In this document: positions 37,145 to 50,783 of the stretch, piece by piece
Layout: every line of letters starts with the position of its first letter
Position numbering within the stretch: position 1 is the stretch's first letter
Assembly (NCBI GenBank): GCA_025786725.1
Contig: JAHLTZ010000013.1
Span: 604,899 to 668,898, forward strand
DNA length: 64,000 nucleotides
Reading direction: 5' to 3'
Source: Syncephalis fuscata S228
Taxonomy: Eukaryota > Fungi > Zoopagomycota
Notes under the pieces: model-generated
Told to the model about the DNA's origin: nothing
The model's database searches: none
Seen by the model: only the letters and a program-made list of their open reading frames with translations
Position numbers and translations under genes: made by a program

Positions 37145-39136
37145 TTATGCACGTTTTGGTTGGTGTGCCAATTCCTTTTTGTTTAGTGTGAATTGGCGAT
37201 AGTATAGATATACTAAAGTGCCACTGAAACATGCAGTTGAAAATAGAATATTCAGCATGATGTAGATATGTGGTAGACGTGCTGGCACTGGTGCAATATG
37301 ATCTAAAATAAATATAGCACTCATTGCACCATACGTTATCTATTATACAATAATGAGTTGACCATTTAATAACATCTACTTGCTAATCTACTTACCCATA
37401 TACCTTGACGAACAATCTGTGGTGCTGCTTTAATGATAGACTGTCCAAATAGCCAATTCCACAAGGCTAGACCGGTCAATACTTGTAGTGTTAATCCTTC
37501 TCTACGCAATAACGGATACATACTAGATAACATAACTATTAACAGCCATTGCCTTTAATACTATAACTAGCTTACCTGAATACGGCCACATTAGTAAACC
37601 ATGAAACTAGTACTGGTTCATCAACGATTAAAAGCGTAATTGGTAGTAGGGGTAGTAGAATGGTTTTTTCATGTACTTGAAAGCTAAATAGGAAGAAAGC
37701 CAATGCTGAATTGGCCATAGCATAGACAAGATGACGACGACTACCATGGCGGAATACATTGATACAAGCTGGCATAAATGCTAGCAGTGTAGTAAAAGTA
37801 CTAAGTGTTGTTAATGTTGTTAATACCAGTATTAAATGACGTGTAGTAGATAGACTTGTAAATTGTCGCTATCAACTTACCTAAGCATGGCTAATTGCTC
37901 TTTGCTATACCAGTCACGTAGTTTAACCACAATGCTAATAGCACACCAAACATTTGCTACTTTGTCTTCATAAAGACCACGAGCCACTGGAAATAGACGA
38001 ACAAATACTTGACGTAAAGTATCAATTGAGCCAGCAAATGGCAATAGATTAAGAGCAAATGTTACGGCCACTGTTAGTCCCAACTGTATAAACAGTGAAA
38101 AACTATACTCATATTAGATAACAGTATTCATTACCAATCAACAATCACTTACCCTCGAGGCTGACGGAAACACTTGCCCAATAAGAAGAAGAATATAGCT
38201 GGTGAATAGTACAGGGCCATTTGTTTAAACATAAGCGACAAACAGAAGTACACCGATCCTAATAAATATCGACCACGAGAGTAATAGACAACTGCTAATA
38301 GCGATAACCCCAACATGACCGAGTTGTATCTACACGTCTATTAGCGCTATTGACTACTATAAACAGCAATAGCTTACTGAAAATGGCCATGATCTACAAG
38401 GATTAAAGACGGCTGCAATAACAATATGAATAATGTTGTATACTAGAGTAATAAATACCAATTTACCGCTTATTAGTCTAGTTTGTAAAATATGTCTATG
38501 TATAACTTGCCTGTACCGATCGAGATGCATCACGTAACCAAGTACGTATAAATAGCACAATGGCCGGTATGTAAATGGCATAGTCAAGTACAATTACAGT
38601 AGTCCGCATAAAGACTCGTGATTCTGGCGTTTCAATGCCACGCGATTTATCAAGAACAAACCAGGTAGGATTTATCAGTGACCCGCTAATAGTGCCATTA
38701 AGTATTATCAATTTATTATCACGTAAACAACTTACACAAAGCCACAAAGCCAACTAACATAAGCTGTCAGTGGTGGATAGTCAAGACCCCAGTAAGAAAG
38801 GTCGTAAAAGTACCACTGGCTAGGCGGTAAATGAAGTGTAATTTCCATCCAGTGTCGCTGTGCCTCATAGTCACCAAATACCGGTGGTATAGCTTCTCCT
38901 ATACATCGCCATATCCGTATCCGTATCCATAAGCTATAAGTTAATTATCCTAGATATAACTAACCTGAATACGGGCCCAAAGACACGACCCAACGCACTA
39001 ACAAAGCAATAAGCAGAATAGTTGGCAGTACGGTAGACTCGCCCGCTTTATCGGTTAGAAATTGAATCCAGCATCCTGCTCTATTGCTAGTCAGTACATT
39101 GTCTGACGTTTGGCGACCTGCTCCTTTACGCGCCAT
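37145..39136 (-). CDS. ALG6: Dolichyl-P-Glc:Man9GlcNAc2-PP-dolichol alpha-1,3-glucosyltransferase, multi-exon
   Basis: [53 protein letters not shown]|[37 protein letters not shown] and [16 protein letters not shown]. Confidence 0.95.
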
Positions 39137-39565
39137 ATTATGATAGCGTTAAGATGATTAAAGTCAACAATGGTAGTAAATCAGCTCAACGAAATAGACG
39201 CGAAAGAGAGAGAAAGAGAATATAGGCGTATAAAACCAATTCAATAGTTGAGTTACAAAAGAACGAGGTGAATACCACATCTATCCACTAATATGACCGC
39301 CACATATCATCAATCCAATTAGGCAAGTAAAGCAAGGGCGCCGTTTTTATTTATTAAGGGAAAACTGTCTCATCAGCCATTGAACTCTACTGTGAATATA
39401 ACAATGGCCATCCATCGATCTAGCAACTAGTAATATAATAGCCTATTCTTGTATTATCATTATTCTTCTAGAGGTTGATGTTGGACGCTATTCTTTTAAA
39501 TAGACAGCTAATTAAATTAATATATGACAAAAAGCATATGCTAGGCATCTATCGTAAGTATATGG

Positions 39566-40345
39566 CTATTCTTCTTCTGATCCCGACAAAGATGCATCGT
39601 CCTGGCGTTGTTGTGCGGCTACTGCATCGGCTAGATTGGCCGCTTTGTCATTATCACTGCCCCCTTGAAGTCGTTGGCCTATTTGAGTGTTGGTTAATTG
39701 TGTTGATATACACGTATATACTCACGAATCAATTCGATAATAGAAGCTTGTGTTCGTCGTTCTAATTTACTTAGCTTTTTCTCTACATCTCGCTTCAAGT
39801 CCCAATTGGCTTTCTTTGGTGCTAAATGAAATAGATCCTATAATAATAAACATACATCGGTTAAATGTCATTATTTATCGTGTGTATGTATTTACGCAAC
39901 CCACCATATCTTCTTTATTACGCTCAGCCTCCTCGGCAATGGTCTTATCAGTAATGCCTGCCATGGCCTTTTCTACTGTTGCATCAAGATCGGATGGGCC
40001 GCGTTTTCGTGGTTTTAGCGCCTCACTTTCTTCTGTATCCATGAATTTACTATTATTATCATCGACTGGATTGCGTAGTGTTTGACCTGATTCCATTATT
40101 ACGTCGGAATCGGCACTATCTGCACCAGTAGCAGTGCAATAGTGGCAATATCCTCATTTAACGGCGTATAGTTACGGAAGCGCAGCGATGGTCTAGTAAA
40201 ACATAAATAAACAATAGAATACACGATGAATCAAAAGATTATAAGCATCTTACTTTGCAGTAGGACGTTCGCCTGCGTCAACCGCCTCCTTTGCAGCGCG
40301 TAATGCTTGCAATCGCTCTTTGCGTTTCTTTGCTGCGTCTTCCAT
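39566..40345 (-). CDS. CWF18: Splicing factor Cwf18/CCDC12 homolog, multi-exon
   Basis: MEDAAKKRKERLQALRAAK, LRFRNYTP, DLFHLAPKKANWDLKRDVEKKLSKLERRTQASIIELI. Apparent 1-nt frameshift near 40135. Confidence 0.85.
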
Positions 40346-40849
40346 TACGTCTAGTCAACTAATAAGCTATTTTCTTTGTCGTGTCTTTTAGAAAAGAGGA
40401 TAAATAATACTAAAAGAAAGAGTAGACAAAAGCGGAATCGACACTTTTTGAAAATAAACACTAAATTACAGATGAAATAGGATTTTATTACTATAAACTT
40501 GGTATTCAGTACGCATATATCCTGTACGCGTATATTCAGTATACATATACGTTCCGTCTGCATATACATTTTTACTGTACCTCTAAGTTAATGTATATTA
40601 TTATATAGTATACTAGACATATTCTATTCGTTATTTGGCCATGTTTTATTTAAAACTGTCGTTTGTTTGTTGCTAGCCTTATTATTTATAACTTTGACTC
40701 ATTGAGCTATAATAATCCAAAATTTTTATAACCATTAAAGCTAAAAGCAAGCAAACAACAGTTTTAGATAAAACAGACTAAAGGAATATAAAATAATATA
40801 AAATATAATAAACACACTGAAAAGAATATGATAAATAATGTTGAAATTA

Positions 40850-41110
40850 TAGTGCATATAACGTAATTAGTGGAATAAACAAAGTGTATCGCTGCATATA
40901 ATAAATAAAATGTGTCTAGTATATCATATAGTGTGATATATAGTAGTATGGAATAAAATGGAGATAATATAAGTAAATAGTGGATATATGCATACTGATA
41001 ATGAATCTACAATGATGAGTATTTTGGACCCTGACGTTATTCACCACTCATCATCATGTTCAGTAGATTGGATGTTATTAGATGTAGTCATTTGATCACT
41101 AAATCACAAT
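40850..41110 (-). repeat. Diverged solo foldback-arm copy
   Basis: AAATGTGTCTAGT..ATATGCATACTG..GATGAGTATTTTG..TCACCACTCATCATCATGTTCA.TAGATTGG..TAGTCATTTG matches 45535-45745 and 58815-59020. Confidence 0.75.
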
Positions 41111-41379
41111 AAATTGTTAATAAATTGCTAATAAATTGCTAATAAAAATGCTTTATTATAAATAGCATGATAGTTTTTAACAAAATCCACTTGAATCATC
41201 TGCTACTTAAGCAATACTAAACTATGGTGGTTCAGTTTTAACTTGGCCTAAATCAATTTGAGTTAGCATGATATACTTGGCACAGACGATGGAAGATAGT
41301 CTTTATCTCTTTCCAACTTATTTACTTTGTCTATACTTGTAGTACTTTTATCTTTATTTCCATCTTTAGGCCACTCATC

Positions 41380-42702
41380 ATGGCAAATAAAAAGCCTCGC
41401 TCTGTAATAGATGGACTGGCACAGTTTCTGGCTTCTACATCAAACTTGCCAGCCCAATCAGTTGCCAATCCCGATGAAACGACGTTAGATTTGGAGCGCG
41501 AGGCTGCCGAACTGATGTTGAAAGAAGCCGCCGAATTTCGGCATCGCTATAACTCTGTGGGTGTTGAGGCCTACTTACATCCTAACCGGTAACTTTATAC
41601 GACACTTTATTAAATACTAAACCAACAGCTGGTATTTTCTTTGTATATAGCAAACCTAAAGCGGACAAACGATTTTTGGTCAATGTTATGCGCCAGGTTG
41701 ATTCGCACAACAAAGTAGTACTACGCCAGGAAGCGCTTGAGGCAAGTAGGCGTCGATCAAAGCAGCACGGTAGAATGCGTGCTTTTAGGTATGTCATTAA
41801 GTATTGCTGCTACAAAAAATACATATCATACTTATTCCAAGAACATATTGATAGCGATGAATCTACACAAAAAGAAACGTCAACAATTACCGACTTGGAT
41901 TATAAAGATCGTGTAAATCATAGAACTAGCTCTAAAGACACCGGTATAAATAGTCGACGTGATTTATCCGCTAAAAGAAATAGCCGGTAATTGTGTAGTA
42001 ATTATTAATTAAATTATATTTATTCATTCGAATAATCATGTTAGAAACCGTCGACGTTCAATATCACCCTCTACTACCTACGCTGAATCTGATAATGACG
42101 TACAACAGCGATCCAGTTCAACTAAACCTCGTGGACGTGGACAGACTGATGAATCACGTATGGATCGTTATTTTAGTAAAGACTACGATCCACGTCTTGA
42201 CATTGCAGATAGTATTTCTGCAAATGGTTTAATACCCGATTTTGGTGATTCGCTTGAATATGCATCCAATGTCACAAGTACGGTTGGTCGTACTGGTAAA
42301 GAGGCTATATCTTCAGATGAAGATAGTTTACGCTCTTATAAACGATCCAAAAAAGATAAGAAGCGTAAACGAAAGAAAGAGCGAAAAGAAAAGCGTAAAC
42401 ATAAACATCGAAAAAGATATGATACTGACGACGACGATACGGAAGATAGTGAAGATTATAAAAACGGCGATAGCAATGACAACAATAGTAATAAAGATGG
42501 CGATGAGCAGAAGAAAAAACGAAAGCGCCATCGTCGCCATCGTCGAACATCATCCACGGACTATTCGTCTTCATCTGATTCATTTTCAAAACCTAGTCAA
42601 AAGCCGGCTAAAACAGTAAATGCACCAGTACGTGAATGGGATCAAGCAAAACTGGCTGGGTCCTGGGATCCATCTACTTATTTTATACAGCATCCACAAT
42701 AA
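41380..42702 (+). CDS. Hypothetical K/R/D/S-rich, probably nuclear protein, multi-exon
   Basis: Exons joined by GT-AG introns; segments GVEAYL, KPKADKRFLVNVMRQVDSHN, KPRGRG, MDRYFSKDYDPRLD and VREWD; long basic tracts. Function not assigned. Confidence 0.65.
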
Positions 42703-45700
42703 ATAATAGGTATATTTGCGCTTTGTAATTATAGCTTAAGTTTAATAAAAACAATAAAATAACAGCAATAGCAATGTTAATGATAGTGATACTCGTCATC
42801 ATAAATTTATTATTTAGTAAACATGTATCTTCAAATGTAAATACTGTATCTTTTGTTCTATCCGTACAACTCAGTAAGCAAAAACAAATAAGATGCGTCT
42901 ATTTTATTAATAAAAAAACTAGAAACAAGCAGACAACGGTTTTAAATAGCGCATAGCCAATATATAATAAATAGTATTATATAATGAATATATGGATGGC
43001 AAAACATAAATAACGGTAATAAAGCTATTAAACATTATACTGTGTGCTGCAACTTTCTATCGCATCTAACATGATTGTTAGAACTAAACAACTGTATATT
43101 TTGCTGTTTATAGCAGATCGATCGTTTATTTGATATCATATCATGTCAAAGTACACGTTAGCACACACAAAACAGTAAAAAGACAAAAACATGGTTGTAA
43201 ATAGGCGGGCAGTATATAGGATAGTATAATAACGGCACATAGTATGTTTATACAATAATATACAGTGGTATATGCAATAACACTATGGAGCGGACATACC
43301 ATAGCATATTGGGTAGCCAAAAGTCTATACATGCAAATGCAGTTGGCCACACAGTATTCAGTAGACTGGAATGACGGATGACAAGTTGTATCGCAATGGA
43401 TAGCACATTGAATGAAAAGGTACCACAATTGTATAAACAGCAACATATATCGGATATGTTTGCTATAATATGTATTCTACAGCGCACATGCAAAACAATA
43501 AGCAGCCATACAATACACAGTAGGCAATGGTGCATCTGTATGGTACAAGTATGTATGCACGCGCATAACAAAGCACTACTGCAAACATAGATTATTTGGA
43601 AACAAAGTATAGCAACATGAATGCAAACAGCAACACTAACACGACATATGCAAATATTTACGCAAGAATACTAGATGATTAAACGGTAAGTAGTTTGAAG
43701 TAAAAATAAGCAAATATTTATTATATAGCAGTACCAGTTGTCTTATCATAGTAAACAGCTGATTATAAGAGCGTACATGGCTATTTGTGTTATACTGTCT
43801 TTATCCGCACAATAATACATAGTTCAATAAAACATAACAATGCTTACCTGTAACTTCAAAGAAGCGGTAAATGCTTCAGATGTAGACTGATAGAGCATAG
43901 TCAGAGGCTGTCAAATAGCGACCTGTCATAAACATTGACACCAGTTACAGTACTGGCTCAGGACAACTAATGCGATAATTAGAATGTAAATAAAGCACTG
44001 CACAAGCACCACTGACTACATACTAAGCAGGATGCTATGGAAGACGCTGTTAATCAAACGACAGCATATACACCAATGTTTGTTCACAGAATACAGAGCC
44101 TGTAGCCGTTGGTGACAATGATCAAATAGCAACATTTGCTCAAATATACTACAGTCTACACAGTTAGCGTGTTAGGTCTTACATTAGTTGTTGCATTTGA
44201 AAACACTGATGTTTAAAAAGAAGTAGTGTTGAGCGAGAATGTTCAGGTAGAGAAGTAACAGCGCATATAGTCACCACAGTCATCGTACCGACAGCTGTGT
44301 ACATACAGCAATAGCAACAGTAGCAACTCGCGCTGTTGTACTGGCGCCGAAGACTTACTTAGCAACTATACTAGCAGTTCGATATACTAATATTGGTGGT
44401 GTATGCATACAGCAGCTGTACCTGAAGACTATGCTACCTATATGCTGCCAGAATCACTATATACACTGTTTTGCTATAGATTGCCGCCGCAGATCGTACT
44501 GACAGCAGCCTGTACCGTCTCGACAGTAGTAGATTGCACTGCCGCTGTTGAAATAGTAAAGCTGTTGCCAGCTGACCTGTAGTGGCAATCTATAGCAAAA
44601 TATAGCGTATATTCAACATAGCATAGAAACAAGACAGAAATGCGCTTATCGTGTCAAATAGGCTGCCAATACCAATGATTGGAGTAAATAAGATCATTTG
44701 CAAAAAGGTAAGCTTAAAAAAAGCAATGCAAGCGATTAATGTAAAAGTGTTTGCAGTTGTCTGGTAGTCAGTAGTTACTGACACCAGCTAAGTAGCATGT
44801 ATGGAGCGTATAAGTATATGCAATGGGTAATGCTGTCAAGTGTGAAGAAAAAGAAAGAAAAGCGTGTGGCGTAGATTGTATGCTATGCAATCAGTAAACC
44901 GCTTTTGTAAGACACAGTGGTGAAATAATTGAGTAAGCATTTATTGTGACTGGTAGTCAAATGGCTAACATTTAATAACATCCAGTCTACTGAACATGAT
45001 GATGGGTGGTGAGTGACATTAGTTATCAAATACTTATCAGCATCGATTCGTTATCCAGTACACATATACCCTCCATTCACCTATATCATTACCATTATAT
45101 GGCATATTGAATACATTCTATTTGTTATGAGTTTTAAATAAATAAATATATAGTCTATTAAGCAAACTGAGCAAAATTAGTCAACTTTGTTAATAATAGA
45201 GCTAAAACAAAAAGAACAGCCGCAATAAATAGCCAGTAGTCATTAGACAATAAAACGGCATATAATATAAAGAATATGCAATACGCAGTAACGATTAGCA
45301 ATGTTAATGTTATTGAGCATATATGCATGAGCAGATGATCGACATTAGTCGACATTTATTAATAATAAAGCTAGAACAAAAGTATAAACAGATTTGGATA
45401 GAGGAAGGCTAAGCGATTATAAAATGATATATAGAATAATAAATGTACGGTGAAAAAGCATATAAAATAAAGTTAAAGCTATAGTGCATATAGCGCAATG
45501 AGTAGACTGAATGGAGTTTGTTGGTGTATATAAACAATAAAGTGTGTCTAGTCTATCGTAGAATGGGATACAATGGTGTGGGATAGTACAGGAATGATAT
45601 AGGTAAATAAAATATATATATTTACTAAATATATGCATACTGGATAACGAATCTATGCTGATGAGTATTTTGATGACTGATGTCACTCACCACTCATCAT

Positions 45701-46299
45701 CATGTTCAATAGATTGGGCGTTATTAAAAATAGTCATTTGTCCCCAAAAAAGCAATAAGTGTGATGATGTGACGATTAAATCAAACTCACCACTTGTCCC
45801 CATGTTCAATAGATTGAATGTGCAGTTCAATTGCGCGAATGTTATCAATATAGTCATTTGACCCCCAAATCATAATATAATCTAATGATTTGATAATTTA
45901 ATAAAATGATTATTCAATAAAATAAACGTTTAGTTTGACTGGGCGAGTGCTGTCAAACAAGTCAATTGGTACCAATCATAATAATTGTTTATTCATATTA
46001 CATCAGCACTTGCACCCACACTATAAAAACAGACTGCCGATCGCATAGCACACGATTTGCGTCACACGTTCCTCTTTCTCATCCACCACACTTGACAGCA
46101 TTTATCCACTAGCCACCTTTCCACTTGCACTTGTTTCCATAAGTCCGGTATATGCTTTGCATGCTATATGTCATTGTTAGTCTATTAGTATAAGCATGCC
46201 TAGTCTCGGTACTACATACCGCCCTGCTGTATGGCGCCATACAGCAGTGCTAGCGGTATCGTTTTACCTTGTGGGCAGCTGCTAGTATGCTAACTATGG

Positions 46300-46745
46300 C
46301 AATATATGCTACCAAACATATACCGTTATCTTTCTCTTTCTCATCCTCTTTCTCATCCTCTTTCTCTTCATCCTTTTTTCACTAACCTTCCATTACTTAC
46401 CGTACTAGCAACAGTGTATGCTGGATATATGCTACCAAACATACACTGTTATCATTCTCTTTCTTTTCCCACCTTCTTTCCCATCCTTTTCACTAAACCT
46501 TCTATTACTTATCGTACTAGCAACAGTGTATGATGGATATATGCTACCAAGCATACACTGTTCTCATCCTCTTTCACTTTACTCCTTCTTCCCTATCCTT
46601 TTCACCAACCTTCCATTACTTACCGTACTAGCAACAGTGTATGCTGGATATATGCTACCAAGCATATACTGTTCCTTTCTCATCCTCTCCTCATCTTTTC
46701 CTCTATACCTTCCATTGCTCATCGTGCTAGCAATAGTGTGTTTAG
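46300..46745. repeat. ~110-125 bp minisatellite (~4 units) with internal hairpin and CT-rich spacer
   Basis: Repeated CCTTCCATTACTTACCGTACTAGCAACAGTGTATGCTGGATATATGCTACCAAGCATACACTGTT. Confidence 0.85.
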
Positions 46746-47007
46746 CTATGGTAGTAGCATATGGTGGCACTCTGTACTGGCCATACAGCAGTGCCATTAT
46801 ATGCACTACCTGTAAACACCTGCTAGCACGATGTTGCATTGGCAGCACATCTCTTTCCCTTTTCCCTTTTTCCTTTTAACAAACCACTTACCGGTCCTTC
46901 TTTATGGTGCACTGATTGTGCAATGGTAAGTAACTAGCTTAAATCAGTCACTAACTCTTCATATAATACTTTAGATTTACAAGCCATCAAGTATCAAGTT
47001 CAAGAAC

Positions 47008-48341
47008 AATGGCGATTAGTGTGTTAGCGGCCGGCTACCAAACAATATAACAATTAATGTTATATTGATGACTTTAGATTTAGTTCACTAACTTACTAAC
47101 CTGTATTGATAATTACAGCTTTATATCATAAATAAAAAGCACCAAATTGTTTTAGTGTGCTAGCGGCCGGCTACACAACATTGTAACATACTAACTTTAT
47201 ATGTATTATTTTAGATTTTAGATGCCGGATACTAACACTAACATTTATTGCTTATTATAGATTTTAGATAGCCGGACACCAACACTAGTACCAGCACTGG
47301 CATCAGCAGCAGCACCAGCACCAACATCAACACCAGCACCAGCACCAACACCGACATCAGCACCAGCATCAGCATCGGCATCAACACCAACACCAACACC
47401 AGCATCAGCACCAGCACCAACACCAGCACCAGTACCAGTACCAACACCAGTACCAGCACCAGTACCAGCACCAACACCGGCATCAGCACCAACATCAACA
47501 CCAGCACCAGCACCAGCACCAACACCGACATCAGCACCAGCACCAACACCAACACCGGCATCAACACCAGCATCAGCACCAGCACCAACACCAGCACCAG
47601 CACCAGTACCAACACCGACATCAGCACCAGCACCAGCATCGGCATCAACACCAACACCAACACCAGCATCAGCACCAGCACCAACACCAGCACCAGCACC
47701 AGTACCAACACCAGTACCAGCACCAGTACCAGCACCAACACCGGCATCAGCACCAGCACCAACACCAACACCAGCACCAGTACCAACACCGACATCAGCA
47801 CCAGCACCAGCATCGGCATCAACACCAACACCAACACCAGCATCAGCACCAGCACCAACACCAGCACCAGCACCAATACCAACACCAGTACCAGCACCAG
47901 TACCAGCACCGGCATCAGCACCAACACCAGCATCAGCACCAACATCAGCACCAACACCGGCATCAGCACCAGCACCAGCACCAGCATCAGCACCAGCATC
48001 AGCACCAGCACCAACATCGACACCAGCACCAGTACCAACACCGACATCAGCACCAGCACCAGTACCAATATCAACATCGGCACCGGCACCGGCACCAACA
48101 TTAGTAACAACATCAACATTGGCATCAACACTAACACTAACATTGTATTTATTATTTTAGATCCGTAGGTAGCCGGCCATGGACACCTAGCGTATGTATT
48201 ATTATTATACATAGCCGGCCGCTAGCACACTAAAACCAAATATGCAATATTAATTCAAGACAATTGTCTACTAACGTATTAACATTGTATTTATTATTTT
48301 AGAATTGTAGGTAGCCGGCCGCTAACACACTAATCGCGATT
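47008..48341. mobile_element. Putative non-autonomous element with nested inverted repeats enclosing a hexamer array (copy 1)
   Basis: Outer IR AATGGCGATTAGTGTGTTAGCGGCCGGCTACC (47008-47039 / 48310-48341) and inner IR GTTTTAGTGTGCTAGCGGCCGGCTA. (CACCAG/CATCAG/CACCAA)n at ~47277-48130. No TSD identified. Confidence 0.6.
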
Positions 48342-50050
48342 TTAAATAAGTAAGTAATGTGATATAGCAGTTGTAGCAGTATCCATCATAATTTGTATGT
48401 GGTGGTATACTGTCACCAATAAACGGCGGTATACCATCACAACAATAGCAACAATAGCAACAATAGCAACTTCACAAGTACTTGATGTGACATCATCAAG
48501 ATTAATTGATACTATTGCTATCAATTAACAGCAAGATTAAAGTTATATTGGATCAATTAATAATATATTATTTATTGGTAATATCCAAGGGATTATTAAT
48601 TAATATTACCAAACAATATCCGAGCAAAGCATTAAATAAAAGCACATAGCTATTAAATAAGTAGATGCAAAGGTTTATATTTTTGCATCTCAATCAAAAA
48701 AACAATACAATAAAGATTATACAATTAGTATATATTGCGCATACTAACTAATGATTAAACAATTTAACAATGCTTATAGTATGATCAGCAGATCAAATGG
48801 CAATATTTTAAAAGCATTTAATGTACTGAACATGATAATGGATGATGAATAAATAAAATAGAAAATAGACATTAATGTAGATGTACTATCCAGTAAGCAT
48901 ATATCCAGTGTGCATATACTTAATATGCATACATCCAGTATTTACATATATCATTGTATGATATCGTGTGTATATTATATTAATTGTAGGAAGCAATATA
49001 CACGACTCATTCACGTCAGTATGTTATAGTGCTTATAACATGCAATGATTTATATTAATTATTACCTCACATATATGATGTATTGCATCGGTAGATTGAC
49101 ACTCACATATTAAATAATAGAATTTAGCATTCATTACCATAAGAGTTATGTACGTTTATATAAACAGATGTAGCATTAACTAAACAATAACTTTGAATTA
49201 AAAGTATTGTTCTAGAACATATATTGACAGACATATACTAATTGAATAATGGAGCAAATAAATATGTAATTAATTGAATAAATGAGTGGTTGACTAATTG
49301 ACGGACAAATTGAATAACTAAATAAGCAACTAATTGCCCAACTGAACAACTAAATGATCAACTAATTGAATAAACGACTAACTAAATGAACAACTAATTG
49401 ACCAACTAATTGACCAACTATTGACTAACTAGTTGGCATAATTTCCCAACTAATTGACTAACAATATTACAGACTAACGACTCGACTAATTCGTTGACAT
49501 TAATAATCAACAATATAAGAAGTAGACAACCAATTGCATAAATGATTGAACAATAGACTAAATAACAGAATGGTTGACAGATCGACAGACTGGTCAACTA
49601 ACGGATTGAGTAAGCGATTAAATGACAGATAGACAGACAAACTAAATAATCGAATAATAGACAGACAGACAGACAAAACAACTAATTGATTAAATGACCA
49701 ACTAACAAACTAACTAACCGACAGATTGACTAACTAACAGGCTAAATGACAGACAGACTAACTAACTGAACAACTGAAGTATAGATAGTGTGAAGCATAG
49801 GTAGTTTAGGCCACCACATTTTAATATATTTATTTTAGCACAATTTAGGGATGAAGTGTATATATGTTTATATACATAGATACAGCATCAACTAAGCAAT
49901 GTTTTGCAAGTTATTTGAATGTACTAGCTTGTATATTGACGGACTTTTACTAGTGGGCCATTTGACGCAATATTTGAGTAAAAATGGCAATAATTAGCCG
50001 ATAATTGCCCAGTAGACTAACTAACTGAATGATGGACTAAACAACGGAAT

Positions 50051-50350
50051 AATTGACTAAGTATTTGAATAAAGGTATAATTGACTAAGTAATTGAATAA
50101 AGGTATAATTGACTAAGTAATTGAATAAAGGTATAATTGACTAAGTAATTGAATAAAGGTATAATTGACTAAATAATTGAATAATGGTATAATTGACTAA
50201 ATAATTGAATAATGGTATAATTGACTAAAGAATTGAATAATGGTATAATTGACTAAAGAATTGAATAATGGTATAATTGACTAAAGAATTGAATAATGGT
50301 ATAATTGACTAAAGAATTGAATAATGGTATAATTGACTAAAGAATTGAAG
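50051..50350. repeat. 28-bp minisatellite, ~10.5 copies
   Basis: AATTGACTAAGTAATTGAATAAAGGTAT and ordered variants. Confidence 0.95.
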
Positions 50351-50783
50351 AATAGACTAAATAAGTGAATAATTGACTAAAGAGTAGAATAATAGACTAA
50401 ATGGTTGAATAATGGTTAAAATGAACACAGCCACAACAAAATGAACTTTAACAATGAATAACTCGATAAATATTAGCACAAATGACATGAGACTAGGTGA
50501 CAATGAAACAGAATGAACAGGAGAATAAGAAACAACAATAAAACAGACAACGATTTTTTTATTTTTTTGAAAATATTTTTGACAATTATTTGACAAAGAT
50601 TTAGGGCTAATGAAGATAGGGCTTGACAAAATAGGGCTAAAATAAGAAAAATAAGACAAAAATGAAAAATGAAGGAAAATGAACAAGAAGTTACAGGACA
50701 ACTATACGAGCGATAGCGAGTTAGAAAACAACAAGAACAACGACAATAGAACAACAACAACAACAACAACAAGAGAAGAGAGA

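Larger units (their letters stand above)
44957..50062 (+). repeat. Copy 1 of a ~5.1-5.5 kb composite direct repeat
   Basis: Colinear and highly similar to 58239-63742. Examples: 45361-45900 vs 58637-59180, 46921-47280 vs 60184-60545 and 48100-49330 vs 61723-62950. Confidence 0.92.

Noticed and set aside
40125-40145. Frameshift in CWF18
   Set aside because: A single-nt discrepancy between two conserved parts of the gene; probable sequencing error.
43000-44600. Possible decayed gene or transposase
   Set aside because: Only short ORFs with many stops and no recognisable motif.
47238-48212. 324-aa poly-(VL) ORF and the similar ORFs at 60503-61837, 60688-61755 and 61370-61765
   Set aside because: By-products of a stop-free hexamer array. 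The frame from the shared ATG differs between the two copies (VLVL vs GAGV), which argues against a conserved protein.
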